Positions 33,585-42,835 of a stretch of 64,000 nucleotides of DNA are shown in pieces; positions within the stretch are counted from its first letter, which is position 1, and each line of letters begins with the position of its first letter. The stretch covers positions 25,857-89,856 of the IMG/VR virus record IMGVR_UViG_3300015263_000653. One strand, 5' to 3'. The notes beneath the pieces were generated by a model. It saw only the letters and a list, made by a program, of their open reading frames with translations, had not been told where the DNA came from and did no database searches. Both the position numbers and the translations under genes were made by a program. This DNA is from a virus.

Positions 33585-34615
33585 CATGACAGTCATCGCC
33601 GGGAAACGCAACACCGTTTGTGACACAAGGTTATGACTGTTCACTGAGTCCATCGGGAAACCTTAGAAGGGGTAGGAAACTGCAACTTCTAAGAGTACGA
33701 AACCCAAAACCATCAAAGCGAAGTAAGGTTGTCTTATAGAAGAGATTCTTTAAGACGGCGACTGCTTCGAGGGTGGGCACGATCCGAAAGTTCAGACACT
33801 ACTTCTGAGATGCGTCAAGGAAGCAAGACTGTTCTATAAGGTGAGTGGCGATTCAGGCTAACCATAGGTGGAGACACCGAGTCCGTCAGTACAACGGACG
33901 AGTTGGGTAAACCTGAGATCGCAAACCGATGGCGGGCACCAATGTCTGGGTGCAGTTGGTCGTATGAAGCCCAAACCCAGAAATGGGGTAAGGAGAAAAG
34001 GGCCAACATCACGGAGGAGTTCAGACCCATGCTGGGAAACGAAGGCATCGGCAGATGTCTCCAGTAATGATCTGAGCTAACTACCCAGACTGAGAGAGCG
34101 GCTAAATCAAAGGGCGTCGTGCCGTGACAAACGGAGACGAAGTAAGTGGGTGAATAGCCTACCAAAAGCAGCACCCTTTGGGAACGCCGTCCGCAAGGAG
34201 AACCAGAGTCGTTCTGGAATACTCTCGATGAGCCTACGAGGTAACACGGCCTCGTTAGAAATGGCGCAGGACCGAACCTGCGACGACAAAAAGGAACTTG
34301 GGAGAATGACACCGAGGCGAAGGCATTCGAAAGAGATGGTCACTTGTTGAAGGGCTAACCGCTGGTAACAGGCGTACTCCTGACGATGAGCGAACATTGT
34401 TTGAAGTCTGCAAGAGCTAAAAGTCGTCAACCCAAGATCGGTGCTTGAAAGGTCAAACTGATGGTCGGGGGAGAGAACCTCCTCTGAAGGTGAGTGCTAC
34501 CTTTCAAGAAGGCTGCGTAAAGACCGAGTAAACGTGGCGGCGATACGGAAAGTGTCGTTGCACAAAGCACTTGCTGAGGGAAGCCCGGTCCAACCGAAAG
34601 GTTGGGCCGGGTTTT
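33585..34615 (+). ncRNA. Candidate large (~1 kb) structured non-coding RNA
   Basis: No convincing gene in an otherwise gene-dense genome; promoter in front and terminator behind; many stems (ACAGTCAT/ATGACTGT, CTTAGAAG/CTTCTAAG, GTCTTA/TAAGAC, GTCCGT/ACGGAC, GGAGACA/TGTCTCC, TGACGA/TCGTCA, CTTGAAAGGT/ACCTTTCAAG); frequent GNRA loops. Confidence 0.75.
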
Positions 34616-34622
34616 TCTTTTC
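34581..34622 (+). terminator. Strong rho-independent terminator
   Basis: GCCCGGTCCAACC-GAAA-GGTTGGGCCGGGT then TTTTCTTTT. Confidence 0.9.
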
Positions 34623-34730
34623 CTTCCCTTCCTTGACCATCGGTCAACTCCGTCCTAAAATGAAACATTCAACCAGCCGTATCGTGCGGCGGTTAGCGAC
34701 AATCTGTTTCTGATTGGAGGTTTAGCCACC

Positions 34731-34991
34731 ATGGCGCAACCTAACGAGTTCGTTCTTGCAAAGGACGACAACGGAAGACATTTCGAAGAATTCTGTGGAG
34801 AAGACGAGCCAGACAAGCTCATGGAGATCACCCAGCGAGCTTTGGCTGGAACTCTGGGAGGCCATGTACCGGTTCCCGGAGAGCGGTATGCGGGGCGTCT
34901 GTATGGATACCCCGGTCGCATTCTCGTCAAGCTGACACGTCGTCGCCCGAAGCACATCCGGCGACAAGGCCGTCTGATCAAAGTGGCGTAG
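34731..34991 (+). CDS. Hypothetical protein (86 aa)
   Basis: GGAGG RBS; terminator downstream. Confidence 0.75.
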   Translation: MAQPNEFVLAKDDNGRHFEEFCGEDEPDKLMEITQRALAGTLGGHVPVPGERYAGRLYGYPGRILVKLTRRRPKHIRRQGRLIKVA

Positions 34992-35030
34992 GTTTCTCCA
35001 GATGGTTCCCTGCCTCTGGTTTCTGCGGTG

Positions 35031-35070
35031 AGAGCCGCTTCCCTTCACGGGGAGGCGGCTCTTTTTCTTT
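35031..35070 (+). terminator. Rho-independent terminator
   Basis: AGAGCCGCTTCCC-TTCAC-GGGGAGGCGGCTCT-TTTTCTTT. Confidence 0.85.
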
Positions 35071-36401
35071 CAGTAGATCTCTTCCCAGTTGAGCGATCCG
35101 TAACTCAGCGTCGAGCTTCCGGTGACGCTGGTGATCACAATGCTCAACACGTCGCTGTTTGTCAGCGATTGTTTGGAAAGCAAACCTTCTCCCAGTCCAG
35201 AATTTGTGTTGTTGCCCTGAGCGTTGGCCGGAACGTATCCCGAGGCCACGATCTGTCCGCCAGTGATCGCTGTGGCAGCAACATCTCTTTCTGCCAAGCT
35301 GTTGCTGCCGACCGATGCCCATGATGGCCCGGTGAGGGTTCCGCCGAGAACCACCTCGAAGAAAATGTTCTCCGAAGCGGACAAGACAGAGAAGGCAGTG
35401 GGGACTATGTGCCCATGGTTCGTCAGGGTGTTGAAGAGTGCCGACTTTCTGACCGAAAGAATCGGCCTTCTCGTTGTGACTGCGATTCCAGTTGCGCCAT
35501 TGGCTGCTGAGAATGGATAGCCTTCTCTCTCAAGGCCACCCTCGCTGATCACAGCCGAACAAATCTGGATGAGATCGGTGTTGCTGGCTGATGTTGATGT
35601 GTTCTCGATCTCATATCGCAGCGGCAAATTCGCCGTCTGGGTGTAAACCATCGTGACGAAGTTTGCGTGCAAAAATTCGTGGCAGTAAACCAGAACACCA
35701 TCGATGTCAAAACCAAAGCGAACTCGGCCCACACCCAACCATTGAAAGTCGATCACAAAGATGTGTGCTTTCGAGATGTCGAGAGTTTTGCCTGAGTTGC
35801 CAGAGCCATCGAGCGGATCGAGATTCCAAGATGATTGAGAAACAGGCGTGTTGACGACAGAGCCACTGGCCGAGGATCGGATAACCACCTTGAGGTTGTC
35901 GGCGTCCTGCTCGAAGAACATTCCATCTGAATCTTCGAAGTATCCGATTCGCTGAACAACACCGGTTTTCTTGGCTCCCATCACGCCGGTCATGAAGATC
36001 TGTTGGCTCTTGCCCGGCAGATAACGGAAGTATCTCTTGGTTGTCCGAGTTACCTTGTCGCCGCTGGCGGTTCCAACTCTCAATCGAACAGATGATTGGT
36101 CGGCCAGATGGGCAATCGTGCCGCCGCCTGATGTCGAATCGCTCCAGACAAGAGGTTGAGTGTTGTACTGGTGCTGGACTTCGAAGATCGTGAGGGGGTT
36201 GGAGACTCGGAACCGACCGAACGCATCTTGTGTTGCAGTTGGGAGCCGTACAGGAATTGGATTGATCAGTGATGCGTCGGTTGCTGTCCCGTCTGCGCCG
36301 TATTGGAGTTTTACTCGTTGGTGCTGTACGCCGCCGATCTCGTCTGTGGCAACGCTGGCCCCTTTGGTTTTCGGTTGATTGATTATTACGTTGTCTGTCA
36401 C
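35070..36401 (-). CDS. Probable virion/structural protein, beta-rich (443 aa)
   Basis: S/T/G-rich; DAFGRFRVSNP, RYLPGK, DFQWLGVGRVRFGF motifs typical of a phage family. Confidence 0.7.
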   Translation of the reverse strand: MTDNVIINQPKTKGASVATDEIGGVQHQRVKLQYGADGTATDASLINPIPVRLPTATQDAFGRFRVSNPLTIFEVQHQYNTQPLVWSDSTSGGGTIAHLADQSSVRLRVGTASGDKVTRTTKRYFRYLPGKSQQIFMTGVMGAKKTGVVQRIGYFEDSDGMFFEQDADNLKVVIRSSASGSVVNTPVSQSSWNLDPLDGSGNSGKTLDISKAHIFVIDFQWLGVGRVRFGFDIDGVLVYCHEFLHANFVTMVYTQTANLPLRYEIENTSTSASNTDLIQICSAVISEGGLEREGYPFSAANGATGIAVTTRRPILSVRKSALFNTLTNHGHIVPTAFSVLSASENIFFEVVLGGTLTGPSWASVGSNSLAERDVAATAITGGQIVASGYVPANAQGNNTNSGLGEGLLSKQSLTNSDVLSIVITSVTGSSTLSYGSLNWEEIY

Positions 36402-36811
36402 TCTTGCCCCTTGATGAATCTATCCATCCGTTTGTCTTCGAAGATCGCTCGCAAGTTTTGGTTGCAAACGGTGATAGGGGGCACAATGGCCCGGCTGTTC
36501 CGGCCCTCGAAGTCTCGACGACGAATCATTGCCATTGCTTCGACGAATTTGGTGTCAACGGAGTGTGGGCCGCAGATGTAATCGCCGTCGTCATACTCAA
36601 AATTGTTGTTGAACAGCAGCAGCATGAATTCCCCCGTTTGTATATATGCGCCCCGAATCTCGCTTGCATCCGGGTGGACATGTGCTACTATCCGATTGGC
36701 TCGGTTGAGTTCACCTGCGTTCCGGTTGAGGCCCGCACTGGAATCCAGATGAACCTCCGAGCCATTTTTGTGCGCATGAAAAAAAAAAGCCGCCCCCGAA
36801 GAGACGGCCAC
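36398..36811 (-). CDS. Hypothetical protein
   Basis: Coupled ORF; contains a T10 run near the 5' end. Confidence 0.65.
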   Translation of the reverse strand: MAVSSGAAFFFHAHKNGSEVHLDSSAGLNRNAGELNRANRIVAHVHPDASEIRGAYIQTGEFMLLLFNNNFEYDDGDYICGPHSVDTKFVEAMAMIRRRDFEGRNSRAIVPPITVCNQNLRAIFEDKRMDRFIKGQE

Positions 36812-36835
36812 ATGTACCTGTAGCGAAATTCCAAA

Positions 36836-38338
36836 TCAAACAGGTCGCATGTATTCCATGTGTTTGCGGAAGTTGTCGAGTTCGAGGTTTCTCTTTCTCT
36901 CCTCGATTCCATCCTTGTCCTGCTGGCCCGTGAACGGGTCGATCAGATCGAGGAACGCATCGTCGATGGTTTCTTGCCCATCTTCGCTCGACTTGTAGAC
37001 CTTCACTCTGGGGCTCTTGCTGAAGCCGAGGAAGGCGTCAACCACGCTACCGTCGAGGCCACCGAGTTTGGTTCCCCACTCTCGAAGTTTTCGGCCCGAA
37101 ATACCGCTGCTCATCATGCCGTTGGTGAGATCCATGAGCGTGTTACCGTCCATGTTCTCATTCATTCCAAGGCTCTTGATGAGGAAGGCGATCTTCTTCA
37201 TGTCCTTCTGATCCAAACCAAGATCTTCCAACATCTCAGGTGGGTTGCCACGCAAGGCCCAAGCGAGCGGCATGTGCTTGTCGCCCATCTCGGAAAGTTC
37301 TTTGGGCAGATCGCCGTCGATCATCTTGCCGGGGAACAAGGAATCCAGCAGGCCGAAGTCCTTGAACAGCTTCAGGAACTTTCTGGTATCTGTGTCGTCC
37401 TTGTCCATGCACTTCTTGAATTCGCCCATCTTGGTCTTGGAGTCCAGCTTAGACAGAAGTTCTGGGCCAAGTTTGGCAATGGTTTCTCTGTCTTCAACTG
37501 GAACCTTCTTCGAATCACCATAGCCGTTCATGAACCGCATATAACGCATGAGGCGTTTTGGGTCTTCCTTGAACTTCTTCTTCATGTCGCCGATAGGAAC
37601 AACCTTGCCCGCTGCCATGTGATGGATTCCACCGTGAAAGTCAGTCAGTTCTTTGTTGGGGCCGTTGTCATTACTCAGAAGGATATACATCCCGTTCATC
37701 GTAAAGTCACGGCTGTTGGAATCATCACCTTGGGTTCCGGGTTCTCTGTCCCCATCAACGCCACGAGGTGACTTGGTGAAGCATTCGAGTTCGAATTCGT
37801 CTTCATTGACCTTGAGTCCGAAGACAAAGGGTCGGCCATTCTTATTGGCCTGTTGCACCCAGAACAACTGGTTAGCACCTTCCTTCTTATTCGGATTTGC
37901 ATGGGCACTCTTAGAAGATGAGCCATCGTTCTTGATGAACGAGAATCCGTTCTGCTTCAGAAGGTGATACACTTCGTCTGGGGAAGCATTGGTCGCCAGT
38001 TCGATATTTCTGGCTTTGCGGCCTGCGAGATAGTCTCGGACAGCACCACCGGCGAGGTACAATTTCTTGCCAGAGATCTTCACTGGCTTGTCTTCACCGC
38101 TGGCGTCATCTTTGGACCAACCCCAGTTGCCGCCTGATTTGAAAGCACGCACGATGGGTGCGAGGTTCTTGTTTTTTCCGTAGTGTTCTGACTTCGGATC
38201 GTCTGAGACATTGAAGGGTTCGTAGTCATTGCCATCGCCAAGTGTGACCTTGGCACTCAATGCACCACTATCGGCACTCTTGTCGTGCTCGTTGCCTTCT
38301 CTCAGATTTCTGAATTGATTGAATGATTTGAAACTCAT
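36836..38338 (-). CDS. CCA-adding/poly(A) polymerase-family nucleotidyltransferase, divergent active site
   Basis: LAGGAVRDYL, NIELATNASP (DxD position reads NxE), SRDFTMN, EDPKRLMRYMRF. Confidence 0.85.
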   Translation of the reverse strand: MSFKSFNQFRNLREGNEHDKSADSGALSAKVTLGDGNDYEPFNVSDDPKSEHYGKNKNLAPIVRAFKSGGNWGWSKDDASGEDKPVKISGKKLYLAGGAVRDYLAGRKARNIELATNASPDEVYHLLKQNGFSFIKNDGSSSKSAHANPNKKEGANQLFWVQQANKNGRPFVFGLKVNEDEFELECFTKSPRGVDGDREPGTQGDDSNSRDFTMNGMYILLSNDNGPNKELTDFHGGIHHMAAGKVVPIGDMKKKFKEDPKRLMRYMRFMNGYGDSKKVPVEDRETIAKLGPELLSKLDSKTKMGEFKKCMDKDDTDTRKFLKLFKDFGLLDSLFPGKMIDGDLPKELSEMGDKHMPLAWALRGNPPEMLEDLGLDQKDMKKIAFLIKSLGMNENMDGNTLMDLTNGMMSSGISGRKLREWGTKLGGLDGSVVDAFLGFSKSPRVKVYKSSEDGQETIDDAFLDLIDPFTGQQDKDGIEERKRNLELDNFRKHMEYMRPV

Positions 38339-38373
38339 ATTTCGGGCTCCAACAACGATAATAACTGACTACC

Positions 38374-38964
38374 TTATGTAGATCTCTGTCGCAAATAATT
38401 CAGGATCGCTCTTGGGTAAAGCAGTCTTTCTCGTTCCTTCACGGCTTCCTCCAGATCTCTGACGGTTTCCCATGGAAGGACAGCTACTTGTTCCTGAGCG
38501 ATGACTTCTCCGTTATCGTACTCGTTGTCTACGATGTGAACGGTGCAACCAGAGATAGACTCCCCCGCCGCCACGACAGCCTCATGCACTTTACGGCCAT
38601 ACATTCCTTGGCCGCTGTATTTAGGGTCGATGGACGGATGAATGTTAAGGATTTTGTTCTCTGCCCACTGGGGAACATGAACTTTTCTTAGCCAGCCCGC
38701 CATGACGTGCAAGTCAACGGCATCTGGGTCATCCTCGGGAAAGAGGCCCTCAGACCATGCCACAAGGTCATCTGAAGGCGGCGATACAATTTTTGGAATG
38801 CGCCACTTGTCGGCAATCTCAAGGGCGGGGCATTCCCGGTCTGCGATGACTCTTTCGATTTTGATGAAGCCTCGCACCATGCCGTCATCGTGGTAGCAAT
38901 GGTGGGCCAGATTGTCTAGGGTTGTGCCTTCGCCCGAGACCAAAACAGCTATCTTGTACATCAT
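38374..38964 (-). CDS. purN: Phosphoribosylglycinamide formyltransferase
   Basis: KIAVLVSGEGT, LNIHPS, GMYG..VH..V, SGCTVHIVDNEYDNG. Confidence 0.9.
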   Translation of the reverse strand: MMYKIAVLVSGEGTTLDNLAHHCYHDDGMVRGFIKIERVIADRECPALEIADKWRIPKIVSPPSDDLVAWSEGLFPEDDPDAVDLHVMAGWLRKVHVPQWAENKILNIHPSIDPKYSGQGMYGRKVHEAVVAAGESISGCTVHIVDNEYDNGEVIAQEQVAVLPWETVRDLEEAVKERERLLYPRAILNYLRQRST

Positions 38965-39329
38965 TCTTCTCTTTCATGTCTGCGTCTATGGTCGTGACAG
39001 TCATCAGTCTCGACATCTGGAGCGACAGGTAGAGTCTTTTCGATTCCCATTGAACTTAAAGAACGATTGGGCACCACGAGTCGTCGATTGGTATCCGTCA
39101 GGTAGAAAACAGTTTTCGTGAACGTCTGACGCACGATACGGGCTTTCTTCCGACCATAGATGAATACTACGTCATCAACATTATAGTCTGATCCGAAGTA
39201 GAACATCAAACCTGAGACGAGGTTCTCGATGGCTGACTTAAAGAATAGAGCACTGGCACCGCCAACGAACCACCAAGTGTATTGGCTCATGAGTTCTTCG
39301 ATTGTCTTTTGAATGGTTAGCGGGTCCAT
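38961..39329 (-). CDS. Minimal MscS-like membrane protein
   Basis: GGAGG RBS; IENLVSGL...YNVDDVV...LVVPN MscS TM3/beta pattern. Confidence 0.6.
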   Translation of the reverse strand: MDPLTIQKTIEELMSQYTWWFVGGASALFFKSAIENLVSGLMFYFGSDYNVDDVVFIYGRKKARIVRQTFTKTVFYLTDTNRRLVVPNRSLSSMGIEKTLPVAPDVETDDCHDHRRRHEREE

Positions 39330-39340
39330 GCCACCTCCTA

Positions 39341-39754
39341 TTAAGGAACTGCTGGTGCTTGCAGGCCGAGTTTCATAAGGAGCCATGCCGCCAGCAGCAC
39401 CCAAACGATTTGAAGGATGAAGGTGAAGATTTTGTTCCAACGATCTTTACTTTGACCGCTGGCGGACTCGACTGCGATCAAACGCTTTTCAAGAGCGTTG
39501 ATTTCCTTCTTGACCTCATTTTGGCACTCAGCGAACTTCTGTGTGAGCATTCCAATATCTTTTGATTCCAGCACAGCCACTTTCTGCATAATCTCCCCGT
39601 GGGACTTGATGAGATCACTAATGTCCTCTTCCAATCCTTTGTGTTGATGCTGGATGGTCTTGACCCGCTCGTCGATTCGTGTGCTCAGGTCGTAGAGCTT
39701 TTGAATGTTTTCTGCGGTTTGGGCCAAGATCTGTGCTGTGATATCTTCCGGCAT
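39341..39754 (-). CDS. Coiled-coil protein with C-terminal TM (holin/XhlA-like architecture)
   Basis: LSTRIDERV, coiled coil, hydrophobic tail. Confidence 0.6.
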   Translation of the reverse strand: MPEDITAQILAQTAENIQKLYDLSTRIDERVKTIQHQHKGLEEDISDLIKSHGEIMQKVAVLESKDIGMLTQKFAECQNEVKKEINALEKRLIAVESASGQSKDRWNKIFTFILQIVWVLLAAWLLMKLGLQAPAVP

Positions 39755-39798
39755 TGTTTCCCCTTAATATCTCTCCACCTACCCTATATATCATTGTT

Positions 39799-40317
39799 AT
39801 GGAAAAGCATGAACCACCAAAAACAGAAGTCGTGGACAAAGACGACGACCTTAGCGATATCGCCCCAGAACTCATTGAGGAATTGGAGGCGGACATCGAC
39901 GAGTTGATGATGCCCACGATGACTGTTGACCAAAGCCTAATCGAGCCTGAAGAGAAGGAGTGCATCGTTAGCGATGACGACCTGCTGGGCCTCTACAAAG
40001 AAATCTTGGACAACTGCCGACAGGACCGAGCGGCCATAGATGAAATCTTAGTGAACTTCATCGATATGGTCATCAACGAAGGTGACGCCTCTTCTGCGAG
40101 CAAGGAAGCCGTCGTCAATCTGATCAAAACCAAGACAGATGTGAACGATAAGATGGCGAAGATTGCCGATCTTGAAACTCGTATGAAGCTAAAGGAAAAG
40201 GACACCTTCCCTAGATATCTTGCCGCCCAGCAGAACAACAAGGTTGTCATCGAAGGCAGCAAGCGGGAGATGATCAAGAGTGTCAACAAGCTGATGGCGA
40301 GGAGCAAGAAAAAATGA
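39799..40317 (+). CDS. Hypothetical acidic/helical protein
   Basis: TATATA just upstream; first gene of the late block. Confidence 0.75.
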   Translation: MEKHEPPKTEVVDKDDDLSDIAPELIEELEADIDELMMPTMTVDQSLIEPEEKECIVSDDDLLGLYKEILDNCRQDRAAIDEILVNFIDMVINEGDASSASKEAVVNLIKTKTDVNDKMAKIADLETRMKLKEKDTFPRYLAAQQNNKVVIEGSKREMIKSVNKLMARSKKK

Positions 40318-41612
40318 CAAACAGAATCAATGACTACGATTGGATCGATGAAGTCTCCAAGAAGTTTCATGAGCAGGACATTCCTCCGATGGGTGGTCAG
40401 CCTGACATGGGGGCTGGCGGGCCTCCTATGACTCAACCCGGTGGTCCCGGCGATCCCATGGGGCAAGAACCACCAAACCAGATGTCGATGGACATGCAAC
40501 CGGGAGAGGATATCACACAAGATCCTCAGTTCCCAGACATGCCCGAGGAAGAGGAGCAGGACGATTTCGAGATCTGGAAGATCAAGTTCATTAAGGAATC
40601 AATCAAAGGCGATCCGAACTCACTGATCGAAAAGATCATGCAGGTTCGTGACCGAGAACTCGATCCCCCACAACGCAAGTTTGTGGAGGACAACCTCGAC
40701 ATCAACTTCCTTCGACAAAACTCCAACGTCTTCCAAGCATCCAACGAGATTCGCAAACGAATCAAAAAGGATTTCGACAGAACCAACCCATCCACGTCGG
40801 TCGTCAATCACATCACCGCAGTTTTGGATGAGAGCCCGATGATGAATCAGGTCTACATCAAACTGACTGGTCTGGGTGGCGGCAAGATGGACCAACACAG
40901 AAAGTTTATCGGATCATTGGTGGGTGCTGTTCAAGTCGGCAGCGGCGGACAGAACGAGGACTTGGTGTTCGAAGAGGCCGACTACTCAATCCGTCTCTCG
41001 ACTCGATTCAACTCGAAGTGGGGTGATGTGAACATCGGACGCTGGTATCTGAAAGAAGATGATCCTGATAGATTCTTGAAGGAAGCTGAACTAGATCGTT
41101 TGGAAGGTGGAAGTCCTGAAGAGAAAGACGTGCTTCGCCGACGTATCGTGATTGAGTCGATTGCGGCTCAGTTCATGGAGCGGGCTTTCATCATCAACGT
41201 GATTAGCCCAGATGGAGCAGTCCAACATTTGGGTTGGGATCTCGGCAACTCTTTGAAGGGAGCCTTCTTGGACGGCAAGCTGGTTGTTCGCACGGGCGAC
41301 AATGACAACAAGGAAGCCTTCATTGATGAGGAGGGCTCAATCATCACTGTGCCTCACATGGCGATCTACTACATCAAGGAGAGTGCAGAACTCGACAGCA
41401 TGGGCAAGACGAGCATTGAAGAAGTTCAATTCATGGAACACAGAGATGGGATGTTGTACCTGACGGCTCCTTTGGATTTGGTCAAGGAAGCATCTGTTTC
41501 TCTTCAAGGAATGGTTTTCAAGGAAACACTTTGGCAGGGCAACCCAACCGATCTTCTGAAGGTCCAGCGTTGCGTGCCGTCAACACCCGAGATGCTGCTG
41601 CGTCAGTGCTAA
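40314..41612 (+). CDS. Hypothetical protein (432 aa) with P/G/M-rich N-terminus
   Basis: Long coupled ORF. Confidence 0.85.
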   Translation: MTNRINDYDWIDEVSKKFHEQDIPPMGGQPDMGAGGPPMTQPGGPGDPMGQEPPNQMSMDMQPGEDITQDPQFPDMPEEEEQDDFEIWKIKFIKESIKGDPNSLIEKIMQVRDRELDPPQRKFVEDNLDINFLRQNSNVFQASNEIRKRIKKDFDRTNPSTSVVNHITAVLDESPMMNQVYIKLTGLGGGKMDQHRKFIGSLVGAVQVGSGGQNEDLVFEEADYSIRLSTRFNSKWGDVNIGRWYLKEDDPDRFLKEAELDRLEGGSPEEKDVLRRRIVIESIAAQFMERAFIINVISPDGAVQHLGWDLGNSLKGAFLDGKLVVRTGDNDNKEAFIDEEGSIITVPHMAIYYIKESAELDSMGKTSIEEVQFMEHRDGMLYLTAPLDLVKEASVSLQGMVFKETLWQGNPTDLLKVQRCVPSTPEMLLRQC

Positions 41613-41621
41613 GGAGACTAC

Positions 41622-42131
41622 ATGAAAAGACGAACATTCGGCGAATTCGTGGATCGCAAAAAGCGTGAGTGCATCAAACAACTGATGACAATCAAAGAGA
41701 TGTTGGCATCCAACGGCCTGAAAGTGGACAACTTCTTGACTGAGAGCGAAGACGATCCATACATCTACTGCTACAACCCGGCACGAAGCGGCAGTTTTGA
41801 TGGGATTCGGATATATAAGGTTGGCAACACCATTGCCTTTCGTATTCAAAAAGAAAACGAAACCCATCCTTACGGTTCTGCCTACCAACTCCCAATTGAA
41901 GAAATGTTCCACGACTTTCTTGGCGATGGAGATATGGATCAGGAAAAGGCTGGCAAAAAAGTCATTGAATCTGTGACAAAAGAGATTCGTCGATTCTTTG
42001 ATAAGAGTGCTGAAGCAGAAAGCAAAGAAAGAGAGCAGAACAGTGAAATGAACAAAGACAGTGCAGGTGCGGCACTGGTACGAACGACTGGTACTGATTA
42101 CTCGGCGTTAATTTACAACAAAGCAGGCTGA
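41622..42131 (+). CDS. Hypothetical protein
   Basis: AAGGAG RBS. Confidence 0.8.
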   Translation: MKRRTFGEFVDRKKRECIKQLMTIKEMLASNGLKVDNFLTESEDDPYIYCYNPARSGSFDGIRIYKVGNTIAFRIQKENETHPYGSAYQLPIEEMFHDFLGDGDMDQEKAGKKVIESVTKEIRRFFDKSAEAESKEREQNSEMNKDSAGAALVRTTGTDYSALIYNKAG

Positions 42132-42134
42132 TGA

Positions 42135-42824
42135 ATGGCAGGGCTCTTCGAAGATTTCAACCCGGTCCAAAGGTTGGCTTCGAACCAGTATGGGGTGAGT
42201 GTAAACAAGATCACTTCGGGTTCGTTGGTTGCATTCCATTACCCACTGAGCTACGCCACGATCCCAAATGTGATTCATGATCCATACCCAATGGTCTTAA
42301 TCACAGACATCTGGCCCCGCTACATCCGAGGTGTCAACCTACATTATCTGACGTTTCCATACATTAAGAGACTTTTGACAGGTTTCGGTGGTCGCCCTTT
42401 CAACTATCAGGCGAACATCAAGGCCGACAAGTATCTGGCTAATTCGTTCAGGATGTATGTAAGGCAAGGAATTCGCCAACCAAAAAGGCTTGATACAGAC
42501 TTTCTCTTAAACGTACTGGCAAGCGTTCGATCATTTGCACCGGGCGAGCTTGAGCGAATTCGGATGAACATTCAACAGCAAATCCAAAATCGACTCCAAG
42601 CCAAAGCCAGCGAACTGACTTCCTACGAACAGTGGCGAGCTTCTTTGACGGAATCTCAGAAGCGGCAACTGCGAGGCAAGGGCCTTGAAACTCAACAAGC
42701 CCTGACGGGAGGCATAGAACGAAACTTGATCTATCCAAACGAAGGTCAGGCAGGACTGAGGCCATCACCAAACCCTCCACAACCGGGAGAGGGAGGGCCG
42801 ATGAGTACAGACTCGAATCTGTAA
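42135..42824 (+). CDS. T4 gp2-like DNA end-protector protein
   Basis: HDPYPMV...GVNLHYL...FRMY motif; located in the tail module. Confidence 0.6.
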   Translation: MAGLFEDFNPVQRLASNQYGVSVNKITSGSLVAFHYPLSYATIPNVIHDPYPMVLITDIWPRYIRGVNLHYLTFPYIKRLLTGFGGRPFNYQANIKADKYLANSFRMYVRQGIRQPKRLDTDFLLNVLASVRSFAPGELERIRMNIQQQIQNRLQAKASELTSYEQWRASLTESQKRQLRGKGLETQQALTGGIERNLIYPNEGQAGLRPSPNPPQPGEGGPMSTDSNL

Positions 42825-42835
42825 CGGAGTAAGAA

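Noticed and set aside
33815-34430. ORFs inside the large non-coding unit
   Set aside because: No convincing RBS, atypical composition, mutually overlapping; promoter, terminator and stems favour an RNA gene
33585-34615. tRNA, tmRNA, RNase P, rRNA or self-splicing intron
   Set aside because: No T-loop/CCA cloverleaf, no GAGGAAAGTCC, no group II domain V and no interrupted host gene seen
36779-36788. A10 homopolymer as a phase-variation switch
   Set aside because: The ORF is open across it (FFF); no evidence without read-level data
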